From an uncultured cyanobacterium (GTDB lineage: Bacteria; Cyanobacteriota; Cyanobacteriia; Pseudanabaenales; Pseudanabaenaceae), in NCBI GenBank assembly GCA_963703315.1, contig OY969811.1, positions 3,744,001-3,808,000 on the forward strand: a stretch of 64,000 nt of DNA. The letters run 5' to 3'. Position numbers and translations under genes: made by a program. Position 1 is the stretch's first letter, and every line of letters begins with the position of its first letter. Below are positions 22,401 to 31,748 of this stretch, in pieces. The notes below the pieces were generated by a model. The model had not been told where the DNA came from, ran no database searches, and saw nothing but the letters and a program-made list of their open reading frames with translations.

Positions 22401-24994
22401 GACTGACCAACTAAAGGTGATCTGTGTCCACTGCCCTGAATGTCACTAATCCGAGTTCCTGCGTTAACGTTATAAACCGCCACGGTATTGCTGACTTCAT
22501 TGGCAACTACCAGTAGAGGCTGATTGTTCGGACTATCGCTTGCAGAGATAAAGGTAAGCCCTTCGGGACCAGAGTCACCAGCTACAGCAGCACTGAAATC
22601 GCGGGTATTGAGATACTGCACAAAAGCGGGCTGATTGGGATTGGTCACTTCATAGACCATAACTCCGCCAATGCGCTCTAAGCCAATAAAGGCATAGGTG
22701 CGACCATTGATCACGCCGACGGTCACGCCTTCTGGTTCTGGACCTTTGTTGTCGCTGCGATCGTCGAAGTTGTTATTGTCGTTGCTAGCATTAAATCTAG
22801 TTGGGAAAGCCGCAGCCGTAATCTGCTCTAGATCGTCGCCACTGTCATAAACCCGATTACCGTTGCTATCCCAGATTGAGAAGGAACGAGCGCCAAAAGC
22901 TTGGATTTGATCAATATCGCCATCACCATCTAAATCGCCCGTTGCATTAGTAAGTTGAAGTCTTCCCAGATTGGCATTGTTTTTAAGCGTAGCAGCATCA
23001 GGGAAAACGGTTGGGTCAAGAACATAACCAGCAGCTCCAACTCGTACCTCTTCAGAGAAGCCAGTATATCCGCGAGAATCGCCTTCATTGGCTGTGACGT
23101 AGTAAGTTTGACCGTTAAAGCTGTAGGAAGCAATGGCATCAGGTTGATAGAGTCCAACTACCGGCCAGTTTTGAATATTGATTTTACCCGCATTGCCAAC
23201 CCCTAAATCGCGATCGCTAGCATCAAATCCATTGCCGTTAAGACTGTGATCCTTAACGCCCAATGGTCGAATTGATTCCACCGTCGCAGTAGCAATGTCA
23301 ACTACAGCGATCGCATTGTTTTCCTGTAAAGTTACCCAAGCCTTGGTTCCATCACCTGAGAAAGCGATATACTCTGGTTCCAAATCCTGAGCCACACTCA
23401 CTGTATCTGTCAGATCGGCGGTGCTGAGGTCTGGTCCAAAGATGCGAACGCCTGCTGCCTGCAAAGTAGCCTTTTGATCGTTGAAGGGAATAAAAGAGGC
23501 TTCCTGTACAGTGGCGGAGGCTATGCCATTCGCGAGATTGATGATGCTAATTGAACCTTCAGGATCAAAGGTGTAAGCATTGTTGGGTTGACCTTCATTG
23601 GCAACCAAAATCTTTGTGCCATCGGGTGTGAAGGTAAGCATATCTGGTAAGTAACCCACAGATACCTTGCCTAGAAACGCACCATCCGCAGCATTGAAAA
23701 ACTGCACTTCACCAGGATTGTCGTTAGCGGTAGTTGCATTGGTAATCGCGATCGCCACAGCGACAATTCCTGCGCTCACAGTTCCAGCTTTACCGACAGC
23801 GACACTATTAGGAACAAGTGCAAAGCCTCCTGCTGTAGCACCATCAGGATCGCCAGTAGTATCAAAAGCTAAGTCACCGATTTTGGTAGGACTTGCAGGA
23901 TTTGCCAAGTTAAGAATTTCTACTACAGAACCCGCGACAACGAAGAGGCGATCGCTTGCTGGATCGAAGGCAGGAATTTCAGCGCCGTTAGTGCTGCTAT
24001 AACCACCAATTTTGGTTAAAAAGTTAGATGCGTTAGGTTCAGTAATATTTGCGGTGATGCTGCTAATCGAAAGCCCATTGTAGTTCGCGTCACTGCTAGT
24101 AACTGTATGGGTAATATTCCCTGTATGCGCTCCCTCTGGAACGGCATCATTAATGGCTGTAACCGTTACATTTTGAGCAATATTCCAGTTAGCAGGTGTA
24201 AATGTAATTGTTGTAGGACTAGTTGTAGTTTGGGCAGTATTTCCGATCGCGATCGTGACATCTGCCGTTGGTTGAGTATTAAGAACAACCGTGTAGCTGT
24301 CACTGGCTCCGCCTTCCACTACACTAGTGTTACCACCCGACTGAGTAATGGTCACGCCAGCTAGTGGGGGGACAACGCCTGAAATCGCGAAATTTGTTGT
24401 ATTGGGAACAGTCGTAGTATAAATACCATCAGTTTGATCGACCGTCCAGTTAGCAGGATTAAAGACTAGAGATTTATAGTTTTCAATACTGGATTGTCCA
24501 TTCCTAGGGCCAGCATATTCACCATAGTCAGCACTTGTTCTTAATAGTGTTGCGTTAACTCCAACTGTCAATCCTGCATTTGTAATTGGATCGCCAGTCG
24601 TTACAGTGTCTCCCGTTGATACAGCAGTTAAAATCTTAGTTGGAACATTCGCGCTTGAACCGAGAAAAGCGTAGATAACATCACCACCAGCAGCGAGTCC
24701 ATAATTTGTACTACCTGAGACAGTAGTTCTAGAGAGCGTACCAACTGATGCAGCAAGAGAAGTGGCGTTATCAACAGCACTAAAGCGAATCACTGTTCCA
24801 GCACTGATTAAATTAGATCCTGATGTCCACTGAAAATAAGACTCGCCAGTGTTAAATGATGTCGGGCTAGTAGCTTCGTTGTCAGTGAAATAAACGGTTG
24901 TATTTGGATCTATGTCTACAAACGTGACAATTGACCATCCATCTTCATCAGCATTAAAAGATATAAATGCAATATCGCCTGAATTTAGAGCCAT
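16475..24994 (-). CDS. Giant secreted multi-enzyme: choice-of-anchor-I/phosphatase-like propeller, OB fold, ExeM/NucH-like EEP nuclease, 5'-nucleotidase, cadherin-like domains, RTX Ca-binding repeats
   Basis: DLEPEY / ANEGD / KGPEPEG; TFNVENL, GDLND, SDHDP; LHASDFEG, SSGD, LGNHEFD, RTQETNFGNLTADA, NGGGIR; GGxGxDxL repeats. Confidence 0.85.
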   Translation of the reverse strand: MALNSGDIAFISFNADEDGWSIVTFVDIDPNTTVYFTDNEATSPTSFNTGESYFQWTSGSNLISAGTVIRFSAVDNATSLAASVGTLSRTTVSGSTNYGLAAGGDVIYAFLGSSANVPTKILTAVSTGDTVTTGDPITNAGLTVGVNATLLRTSADYGEYAGPRNGQSSIENYKSLVFNPANWTVDQTDGIYTTTVPNTTNFAISGVVPPLAGVTITQSGGNTSVVEGGASDSYTVVLNTQPTADVTIAIGNTAQTTTSPTTITFTPANWNIAQNVTVTAINDAVPEGAHTGNITHTVTSSDANYNGLSISSITANITEPNASNFLTKIGGYSSTNGAEIPAFDPASDRLFVVAGSVVEILNLANPASPTKIGDLAFDTTGDPDGATAGGFALVPNSVAVGKAGTVSAGIVAVAIAITNATTANDNPGEVQFFNAADGAFLGKVSVGYLPDMLTFTPDGTKILVANEGQPNNAYTFDPEGSISIINLANGIASATVQEASFIPFNDQKATLQAAGVRIFGPDLSTADLTDTVSVAQDLEPEYIAFSGDGTKAWVTLQENNAIAVVDIATATVESIRPLGVKDHSLNGNGFDASDRDLGVGNAGKINIQNWPVVGLYQPDAIASYSFNGQTYYVTANEGDSRGYTGFSEEVRVGAAGYVLDPTVFPDAATLKNNANLGRLQLTNATGDLDGDGDIDQIQAFGARSFSIWDSNGNRVYDSGDDLEQITAAAFPTRFNASNDNNNFDDRSDNKGPEPEGVTVGVINGRTYAFIGLERIGGVMVYEVTNPNQPAFVQYLNTRDFSAAVAGDSGPEGLTFISASDSPNNQPLLVVANEVSNTVAVYNVNAGTRISDIQGSGHRSPLVGQSVTAVPGIVTAIASNGFYLQDPNPDANDATSEGIFVFTSSAPTVQVGDSILVNGNVSEFRPGGSANNLTITQIVSPVITKLSSGNALPAATVLGNGGRAIPNQIISNDAASGNVENAGTVFDPAQDGIDFYESLEGMLVQVNNPVATSPTANFGSSEEIWVLADNGANATSRTSEGGSLITANDFNPERIQIDDLNNSLVLPEVNVGAQLSSITGVVSYDFNNYEVLVSNAPTVVQPSTLEKEVTNLTGSATQLTVATFNVENLDPSDTTFNAIASAIVTNMKSPDIINLEEIQDNNGATNNGTVDANETLQTLINAIAAAGGPTYEYRQINPVNNQDGGEPGGNIRVAFLFNRDRVNFVEGSLQRLTDTNLTDGDAFASSRKPLVGKFEFNGQEVTVIGNHFNSKGGDQPLFGPNQSPTLNSEVQRNQQATIVKDFVQGLLATNPNANVVVAGDLNDFEFSNPLSILESGGLNTLVETLPANERYTYNFQGNAQTLDHILASNNLSSKLDGFDVVHINSEFADQISDHDPIVARFNLPTIPDPNAPFRMQILHASDFEGGIPAIDDAVRFSAVLNRLRTDPNLPSSIIPNTLTLSSGDNYIPGAFFNASSDLSLNGVGGLGTNSAPVIGRGDIGILNAFGIQASALGNHEFDLGVRQVRDVIRTGSGNPGTAFPYLSTNLNFSPEITAGNLGTSDLATNQTTAEANTIKGKLAKSTVITLAGNDGVAGNADDQRIGIVGATTPTLANISSSGSIGISPSNPTDYDALAAEIQSTVNILKAQGINKIILLSHMQQFNIERDELAPRLRDVDIILAGGSNTLLSDSNDVLRSGDASDGVYPVVRTGADGNPVLVANTDGNYKYVGRLITEFDSNGILNVNALNSSINGAYATDEAGVDRVYGTDVNPRDVANPNVVAITDGIRNVIATKDNLIVGKSSVFLNGTRDDVRTQETNFGNLTADANLWLAKQIDPTVVISLKNGGGIRDNIGVVSASSGAVNSDDIQKLPTQPNPLAPNKQTGDVSQLDVENSLRFNNGLSLITVTAQQLQWVIEHAVAGTRSGSTPGQFPQVGGLKFSFDPTKTAIAFNSSTGEVTTQGSRVQNLVVLNDDGSIKDVIVRDGVLVGDASRTFRMVTLNFLAGTSSTGGLGGDNYPFPKFVRDNAAIANRVDLRGESIDLNGNGVVDPAIALAAGQFTFAAAGSEQDAFAEYLGDQFSTNPFNAADVAANLDTRIQNLSVRQDQVFTSVTNSPPVLTGTPAILAAGQEDTTYAIAEADLLAGYTDVNNNVLSVAQLTATNGTLTNNGNGTYSFTPDANFNGTVNLSYNVIDGKGGSVSATQTIAIAAVNDAPVGAVSISDTTPTEAQQLVASNLFTDADGLVNALYTYQWQQSDIGGGTTFTNIVGATNSTFTPTQAHVNRQLRVVVSYTDDQGTLETLTSVPTIVTGDFFVGTANVNTYTGTNGQDIIAGLEGNDTLNGLDGDDIFRYTIGDGKDTVDGGAGNDTLNILGTVDDETLKVVFNGTPVSLIAGGTLINVESVTADLRGGVDTLDYGATTADLTVNLTTGTASGFTAIANIENVTGGFGNDILTGNFRNNTLSGGVGNDILDGDLGADNLIGGAGNDTYIVDNTNDTISDSSGIDTVLSSINWTLGNNLENLTLTGNADLNGTGNNLDNILIGNVGNNILDGKSGADALFGSLGNDTYIVDNANDTVNELENEGTDTILSSVTRTLEANVENLTLTGNGTINGTGNDLNNLITGNSRNNILDGGVGADALVGGLGNDTYIIDNLGDSIIEKLNQGTDLVQSSVSWTLFDNIENLTLTGSSNIDGTGNSVNNVITGNSGNNTLSGGFGNDSLTGGLGSDILIGGFGNDTLFLGLNDGATDRVVYNLGDDSDVVNQFLRGVGGDLLQFNNIAAIDVRTVGGNTQFRLGDGVSGNGGFANGSLLLTLNGVTGFASSNINDNILAGSISTTFNFS

Positions 24995-25420
24995 TTTTTG
25001 TTGCCTTGATAGATTTGGAGGAATGAGAGGGAATAGTTATTAAACAAAAGAAAAATATGCACTTATAAAAATGCATGTCAAAACTGCATAACAATCACTT
25101 GTAATGAGCCTTTAGAATTGCGATCGCAATTGCTAAGTAATTATGTGCAATTAGTTTTAATACTTACGAGAAGATGCTTAAATCCTCGTAGTTGAGGTGG
25201 ATTTCAGGATCAAGCCCAGAAATAGAAATGTTCTATTGATCTCCAATAAAATACTTGCCCAGTAGCAATATCAAGCAGTAATGGGGAGTATCTCACCAGA
25301 GATAAAATTAAGATTTTGTAAGCACCTAGAACCTAACTATTTACTGACACCTAAAACATATGTATTTTCTTGAACTCTAATTTTTTCCTTAATTAGCCTA
25401 CAGGAAATCTCTATAAGCTT

Positions 25421-25463
25421 GGGTTAAGAGAATCCTACAATTTTGGTTAAGAGAAGGATAAAT
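25421..25463 (-). promoter_or_regulatory. Candidate Pho box (SphR/PhoB site) upstream of the giant phosphatase/nuclease
   Basis: Minus strand TTTATCCT-tct-CTTAACCA (11-bp period) plus a further CTTAACCC 23 bp on; fits the cyanobacterial PyTTAAPyPy(T/A) repeat. Confidence 0.55.
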
Positions 25464-25773
25464 ATTGAGGCTCACAAGAGTTTATTTTCTGCAATCGTCT
25501 CTTGTTTGGGTATGAATACGATCGCTGTTGGAATTTGGTTGACGCGATCGCTATTTGATGAGATTTAAGAGCGATCATTTTTAATTTATGAAATTTGATA
25601 CTCAGGATAATTAATAGTTAGGGTAACTAATAGTCAAATTAGCAGCCCTGAGTATTAGCCACAAAACTGGGAAAAAATTTAATTCAATACCTTATAACTT
25701 TGTCAGTTTTTTTGGCAAAATTGCCATATACTAGATAGGCTGTCAAGTTTTCAACAGTAACAAGGAAGGAGCT

Positions 25774-26382
25774 ATGTCCCGTTATAGAGGTCCGCGCCTC
25801 AGAATCGTCAGAAGACTCGGAGAGCTTCCCGGTCTTAGCCGCAAACAGCCTAAGCACGCTTATCCACCTGGACAACATGGTCAAGATCGCAAAAAGCGTT
25901 CTGAGTATGCTGTGCGTCTCGAAGAAAAGCAAAAACTACGCTTTAACTATGGTTTAACCGAAACTCAACTGTTGCGTTATGTACGTCGCGCCAGACGGGT
26001 TAAGGGTTCGACAGGACTCGTATTGCTACAATTGCTAGAAATGCGTTTAGACAATACAGTTTTTAGACTAGGATTAGCACCAACTATTCCTGCGGCTCGC
26101 CAATTGGTAAATCATGGACACGTCACCATTAACGGTAAGAGTGTAACTATTCCTAGCTATGGTGTCCGCCCTGGTGAAGTAATTAGCATTAAAGATAACG
26201 AGAAGTCTCGCAAGATTGTCGAGCGTAACCTTGAATTTCCTGGTTTGTCGAATATTCCTAGCCACTTGGAATTTGATAAGGCTAAATTTACGGGCAAGGT
26301 CAATGGCGTTGTTGAGCGCGAATGGGTAGCTCTGCAAGTGAACGAACTGCTGGTTATTGAGTACTACTCACGCCAAGCTTAA
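25774..26382 (+). CDS. rpsD: 30S ribosomal protein S4
   Basis: [26 protein letters not shown]. Confidence 0.98.
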   Translation: MSRYRGPRLRIVRRLGELPGLSRKQPKHAYPPGQHGQDRKKRSEYAVRLEEKQKLRFNYGLTETQLLRYVRRARRVKGSTGLVLLQLLEMRLDNTVFRLGLAPTIPAARQLVNHGHVTINGKSVTIPSYGVRPGEVISIKDNEKSRKIVERNLEFPGLSNIPSHLEFDKAKFTGKVNGVVEREWVALQVNELLVIEYYSRQA

Positions 26383-26487
26383 GGTTGAAGCGATCGGCTA
26401 CGGGCTTTGTTAATCTCAGATAAATTGCTTGTAGCTGAACGCCATCCAACTGGGTAAACTCTATTAGGTTCAACTTCACTGCGAATT

Positions 26488-27075
26488 ATGCAGTTAAATA
26501 TTTCTGCTCCCACTAACCTCGATTTACAGGTTCCTAAAGACTTTGTTAGGGGTTGTCCCCGCAGTGTCCGCATGGATATTGATCATCTGCTTCTAGCGAT
26601 CGAGGCGCTGGATTTAGAAGCAGTTGAGGTCATGCTAGTTTTGATAGAGCAGTTAAAGTTAGAAAAGACGATTCCTAGTCGTGTAGCTTTTTGGCGACTG
26701 CGTAATACTAATCCTTTGCGGCGTAACTATCAGCGAGCGAGTCTAAGCTGGGATGAGTTAAGGGCTTTGGTAAAAATTATTTGCACGATCGCTAAGCAAC
26801 TAGATACAGGTTTGCGGTTGCTAATTAGTACCCATCAACAAATGATTGAGGGCAAGATCGAGGCATTAGGTTTACAGCAAAATCAAGGTTTTTTAGAACA
26901 TTATATTGATCGCTTTACATCCTTATATATAGGACGGATGCGATCGCCCTCACCCCTCAATAAAGAAGAAATCCGCGAGTTGGCTTTGCAATTGCTGACA
27001 CGTTTATTACTTTGTAGCGGTGTGGCAGGTGAATTTCGCCTTTGGAATAGTTTGTTTGATGGAGCGATCGCCTAA
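26488..27075 (+). CDS. DUF3038-family protein
   Basis: DHLLLAIEALD, RVAFWRLRNTNPLRR, RLWNSLFDG. Confidence 0.8.
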   Translation: MQLNISAPTNLDLQVPKDFVRGCPRSVRMDIDHLLLAIEALDLEAVEVMLVLIEQLKLEKTIPSRVAFWRLRNTNPLRRNYQRASLSWDELRALVKIICTIAKQLDTGLRLLISTHQQMIEGKIEALGLQQNQGFLEHYIDRFTSLYIGRMRSPSPLNKEEIRELALQLLTRLLLCSGVAGEFRLWNSLFDGAIA

Positions 27076-27740
27076 TGATTCAGCGTAGCTATAGTTTGCC
27101 GAGTTGTACTTTGCTGATTGATGGGATCATCACGGGCGGCGATGTGGTGTCGATTTTAACTAGTTTTAGTTGTCGCTTTAGTCATCATGCGGAACCGATT
27201 GTGGGTGGGCTGGAGCTACTCAATGCGCTGGTTAAAGTAGTGGGAGCCTATGCTCAAGCTTTAAAAAGTAATACTTTGGTGGCAATTCCTGAAAAGCAGG
27301 TGCGTCTAGAGCCAGAGGGTAAACATTTACATATACTGTCAGTGTTGCTGAATGAAGCCGATGCTCACAATCCTAAGCAGTTACAAATCAAGCTCAATAC
27401 GATTCAGCTTTTTGATCTAATGGAAAGTTTGGATCGTCTCTGCTGCGACCCGACAACTTTGCCTGATCTCAAGTTAATAACGCAAATTTCTGACTATCGA
27501 TCGCAGTCTCAGTTAAATAATCAGGCAATACCAGCGATCGCGGGTGTGTTTAGTTTAGCGATCGCCGCCACAGTTTTATATTTTATCCCCACACCAAAAC
27601 CAGAAACCAAACCCACGCCAACAGTACCAGTCCAAACTAAGCCCTTACCAAAGAAGTCAAACCCTCCCACAGTCTCCCCAAGTCCTAGTGATAGTCCTGA
27701 AAGTTCTCCAAGTCCTAGCTCTAGCCCAAATTCAAATTAG
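27075..27740 (+). CDS. DUF4335-family protein
   Basis: IQRSYSLPSCTL, QLFDLMESLD, TM segment and Pro-rich tail; usual partner of DUF3038. Confidence 0.75.
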   Translation: MIQRSYSLPSCTLLIDGIITGGDVVSILTSFSCRFSHHAEPIVGGLELLNALVKVVGAYAQALKSNTLVAIPEKQVRLEPEGKHLHILSVLLNEADAHNPKQLQIKLNTIQLFDLMESLDRLCCDPTTLPDLKLITQISDYRSQSQLNNQAIPAIAGVFSLAIAATVLYFIPTPKPETKPTPTVPVQTKPLPKKSNPPTVSPSPSDSPESSPSPSSSPNSN

Positions 27741-27790
27741 CCATAGGAAAATTCTGTTGACTCAACAATAATTAATTAATCTATATAGTT

Positions 27791-29746
27791 ATGTTTGTTC
27801 AAAAATTTCAAGTCCAGAACTTTAAATCATTTCAAGACATAACTATATATTTTAATAAGGATGTCAATGTACTCACAGGAAAAAATAATTCTGGCAAAAC
27901 TACAATTCTTGAAGCTCTATCTCTATGGCATGAATGCTTTGCCAAACTTCTGACTCAGGCAGCCAGAAATCAAAAAAATTATAAAAAAGGAGATTGGATA
28001 TTAGGATCAAGATCAAATCTAAGCTATAAATATCGAAGCTATAAATTTGAACAGCTTAATAGTATCCGTATCCCCAATCTTGAAGATATATTTTATGAAG
28101 GTATATATAAGAACAAAATAAAGTTAGGCATAACCCTTCAAAACAACAAAAATGCTAGTTTAAATATTCAATTTACTATTGGTAAATCAGGAGATAATTA
28201 TACAATTGACTTAGATAAATCTGTAGATTTTGATATTCAAAAGTTTAATTCGTTTATTAAATTATTTCCAAATCCATTTAGTATTTATTACGCTTCACCC
28301 GTATCAACTATAAATACGTTAGAAAAATATATAGCATTATCTGAGATTGAAGCAGCTTGCCTAGAAAAAAAATCTGTCTCAGTGATCCGCAATAGATTAT
28401 TACAGCTCTCTCAATTCAAAGTAGCTTTTGATCTATTTCAAAGAGATTTAGCCTACATTCTATTTAATAATCAAAGTAGAATATTATTGGATTTTACTTT
28501 TGATGACGAACAAGAGAGTCATATTATTGCTAAATATAAAATTCAATCAAATGAACATCCTAAAGACATTTCATTGTTAGGTAGTGGAACATTACAATTA
28601 ATTGAAATACTAGTTAATTTCTATCTCGTAGACTTGCAAGGTAAAGAACTTCGATTGATTATGCTCGATGAGCCTGATAGCTATATTCATCGAGACATTC
28701 AAAAACGTTTAATTGAAATAATTAGTAGGTTTGCTAGCAACACCCAAATTATAATTTCTACTCATAACGAATCCTTTATTCGTTCGGTTCCTGTTGAACA
28801 ATTGTTCCATTTAGATGGCAAATCTATCGGTGAATATCACCCGATCAATGAAACTGAAATCGAGAAATTACAACCACGCTTTAAAGGAATTTATCCATCC
28901 TTAATCAATCCAATTATTCGCACAGTGGGTGAAATAACGGGGTTAGATTTTATTAATGCTATAGAATGCGATCGCTTAATTTTTGTCGAAGGTGAAGATG
29001 ATGCTAGGTATTTCAATGTGCTACTAAAACAGCAGTTAGGTATTAGAAAGCGCTATATGTTTTGGGTGTTGGGAGGCATTAGTGAAGTATTTGAAAATAT
29101 ACTCGCTTATAAAACTGTATTTTCGGCGATTAAAAATGGTCAAAATCTATGGCAAAAGTCCTGTGTAGTAATTGACAAAGATTTTCTCAATCATGATCAT
29201 AAACAAGCAATTATTGATAAGTTTAAAGAAAAACATCAACTAGATGTATTTCTTTGCGATGCTTATACATTTGAGTCTACTATTTTTGAGGATTTAGAAT
29301 TATTATCTTCTCTGATTAGCCAATGGCTAGAGATTAAAACTAATCGTGAAATCGATAGAAATGAAATATTAATATCTCTTCAAACTGAATATGCTGAGGT
29401 TAATTTAAAATTGCAGACAAAATATACTGATAAATTTATTGAAGAAGAAGCTCAAAGGTACATCAATATTAGAGAAAAAACAAATAGATTATTTGGCAGT
29501 AAGCCATCGATTATTCCAAAAACCGATAATCAATTAAATACTGTAGTCAGAAGGAATTTACAAAATACCTTAGAAACGGGTAATTATTATTGGTTAATGC
29601 GTAAAGATGATGTTGAATTGGTTATTAATGCAGTTACTCAACGATATGAAGTTAAGTTTGCCTGTGAGACTGATTTGATCGAACTCATTAAAGCTGTAAC
29701 CAAAGCTACTTGGATGAATCAATGGAATTTCTTGAATAGACTTTGA
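27791..29746 (+). CDS. ABC-type ATPase with TOPRIM-like domain (OLD-like ATP-dependent nuclease)
   Basis: Walker A GKNNSGKT, LGSGT, MLDEPD, STHN; FVEGEDD and DKD TOPRIM motifs; AT-rich. Confidence 0.7.
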   Translation: MFVQKFQVQNFKSFQDITIYFNKDVNVLTGKNNSGKTTILEALSLWHECFAKLLTQAARNQKNYKKGDWILGSRSNLSYKYRSYKFEQLNSIRIPNLEDIFYEGIYKNKIKLGITLQNNKNASLNIQFTIGKSGDNYTIDLDKSVDFDIQKFNSFIKLFPNPFSIYYASPVSTINTLEKYIALSEIEAACLEKKSVSVIRNRLLQLSQFKVAFDLFQRDLAYILFNNQSRILLDFTFDDEQESHIIAKYKIQSNEHPKDISLLGSGTLQLIEILVNFYLVDLQGKELRLIMLDEPDSYIHRDIQKRLIEIISRFASNTQIIISTHNESFIRSVPVEQLFHLDGKSIGEYHPINETEIEKLQPRFKGIYPSLINPIIRTVGEITGLDFINAIECDRLIFVEGEDDARYFNVLLKQQLGIRKRYMFWVLGGISEVFENILAYKTVFSAIKNGQNLWQKSCVVIDKDFLNHDHKQAIIDKFKEKHQLDVFLCDAYTFESTIFEDLELLSSLISQWLEIKTNREIDRNEILISLQTEYAEVNLKLQTKYTDKFIEEEAQRYINIREKTNRLFGSKPSIIPKTDNQLNTVVRRNLQNTLETGNYYWLMRKDDVELVINAVTQRYEVKFACETDLIELIKAVTKATWMNQWNFLNRL

Positions 29747-29839
29747 TATTAATGCGTAAATTAGATTAATCTAGACTTGCCAAGTTAATCAAGCAAATAG
29801 TCAGCTAATAGCCCAAAAAAAGCCCACAAGTGAGAACCT

Positions 29840-31228
29840 ATGACTAGAACTGAACGCGACTCAATGGGGGAAATGTCCCTGCCTGATGATGTTTATTATG
29901 GTATTCAAACCGTTAGGGCGATCGCTAACTTTCAAATTAGTGGACTGAAGCCCCTGCCAACCTTTGTGGATGCTTGTTTGCTGATTAAGAAAGCAACTGC
30001 CTTAGTTAATGCTGAGCTTGGTTGTATTCCTGTCGGTATGGGTATGGCGATCGCGGCGGCGGCGGATGAAATACTAGATGGACAGTTGCGCGATCAGTTT
30101 GTGGTGGATGTGTATCAGGCAGGTGCTGGCACATCCCACCACATGAATATCAATGAAGTTTTAGCCAATCGCGCCCTTGAGATTTTTGGCGATGTGAAGG
30201 GCAATTACGCAAATATTAGCCCTAATGATCATGTGAATTATGGACAATCAACCAATGATGTAATTCCGACAGCGATTCGGATTGGGGCTTTATTAGCCTT
30301 GGATCAGGTGCTGTTCCCTGCGTTAGCAAATCTGGATGAACAGCTACGGATTAAGGCGATCGCCTTTGAAAATATTGTTAAGTCTGGACGTACCCATTTA
30401 CAGGATGCTGTCCCCGTCAGACTCGGTGATGAATTTCAGGCCTATGCTCAAATTATTAGTGATCACGGGAAGCGCATTCACCAAGCTGCTAATGACCTGA
30501 AAACTTTAGGTTTAGGTGGTAGTGCTTCAGGCACTGGTTTAAATACGCATCCCCAATATTGCGATCGCGTGGCTGAGAAACTAAGCGAAATTACAGGATT
30601 TGAACTCAAGCCAGCCCCAAACCTGATGGCAGCAATGCAGAGTATGGCTCCCTTTGTGAATGTATCTGGCGCAATTCGGAATCTGGCTCAAGATACGAGC
30701 AAAATTGCTAACGACTTACGTTTGATGGATTCAGGTCCCAAAACAGGTTTACGGGAAATCCAATTACCACCAGTTCAACCGGGGTCTTCAATTATGCCAG
30801 GGAAATATAACCCTGTGATTGCGGAAATGACGAATATGGTTTGTTATCAGGTGATTGGCTATGATACGGCGATCACCTTTGCGGCACAGGCTGGTCAATT
30901 AGAATTGAATGTGATGATGCCTTTGATTGCTTACGACTTGATTCATAGCATTGAGATTTTGGGCAAGGCGATCGATACTCTGGCAACTAAGTGCATCAGA
31001 GGCATCACCGCAATAGAGGATCGATGTTTAGCCTATGCTGAAGGTAGTCTTTCCCTAGTCACAGCCCTGAATACTCACATTGGTTATCTCAATGCGGCGG
31101 ATGTTGCTAAGGAATCTCTCGCTTCTGGTAAATCTTTGCGTCAAGTAGTTTTAGATAAAGGACTCCTCACCGAAGAGAAGTTAGCGGAAGTTCTCAATCT
31201 TGAACAGATGAGCCGTCCTAATGGTTAA
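29840..31228 (+). CDS. aspA: Aspartate ammonia-lyase (fumarase/aspartase superfamily)
   Basis: GAGTSHHMN, GRTHLQDA, GSSIMPGKYNP. Confidence 0.85.
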   Translation: MTRTERDSMGEMSLPDDVYYGIQTVRAIANFQISGLKPLPTFVDACLLIKKATALVNAELGCIPVGMGMAIAAAADEILDGQLRDQFVVDVYQAGAGTSHHMNINEVLANRALEIFGDVKGNYANISPNDHVNYGQSTNDVIPTAIRIGALLALDQVLFPALANLDEQLRIKAIAFENIVKSGRTHLQDAVPVRLGDEFQAYAQIISDHGKRIHQAANDLKTLGLGGSASGTGLNTHPQYCDRVAEKLSEITGFELKPAPNLMAAMQSMAPFVNVSGAIRNLAQDTSKIANDLRLMDSGPKTGLREIQLPPVQPGSSIMPGKYNPVIAEMTNMVCYQVIGYDTAITFAAQAGQLELNVMMPLIAYDLIHSIEILGKAIDTLATKCIRGITAIEDRCLAYAEGSLSLVTALNTHIGYLNAADVAKESLASGKSLRQVVLDKGLLTEEKLAEVLNLEQMSRPNG

Positions 31229-31310
31229 TCACAATGTACAAAATGGCGTAGCCATTTTGTACATTAGTAACAATTGCCAAAACTTGACCTGAAATTGTGA
31301 CTATAGATCC

Positions 31311-31691
31311 ATGATTACTTCTATCTATGCAGCACTGTCATCGCTCTTGATTGTATGGCTGTCGTTCAATGTCGTTAAATTGCGTCAATCTGGGCGCGTC
31401 ATCTTGGGTGATGGTGGCAATCCTGATCTACAGGTAGCGATCCGCGCCCAAGGTAATGCCACAGAGTATATTCCCATTTCGTTGATTTTACTCTTGTTAT
31501 TAGAACTGAGTAAGGGCAACGCACTGATGTTACATATTGGTGGAATCGCTTTACTGATCGGGCGATCGCTTCACGCCTACGGACTAACAACAAGCAATTT
31601 AAAGCTTCGTGTATCAGGAATGGCTTTCACGTTTGGCAATATCATCTATTTGGCGATCGCCAATCTTGTGTATCTCTACTTTAGGACATAG
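31311..31691 (+). CDS. MAPEG family membrane protein
   Basis: GDGG...IRAQGNATEY, GRSLHAYG. Confidence 0.85.
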   Translation: MITSIYAALSSLLIVWLSFNVVKLRQSGRVILGDGGNPDLQVAIRAQGNATEYIPISLILLLLLELSKGNALMLHIGGIALLIGRSLHAYGLTTSNLKLRVSGMAFTFGNIIYLAIANLVYLYFRT

Positions 31692-31748
31692 AATGAGCGC
31701 CGCCCATTCTATGTCTAACTTAATTAAATCAGAAAGGAAAAACAAAAA

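Noticed and set aside
16770..24364. Many plus-strand ORFs opposite the giant RTX gene (likewise opposite the FHA gene at 61.8-64 kb)
   Set aside because: Antisense shadows of repetitive, codon-biased genes
29840..31228. fumC assignment
   Set aside because: GAGTS motif fits aspartase better than the GSGT motif of FumC, though activity is untested
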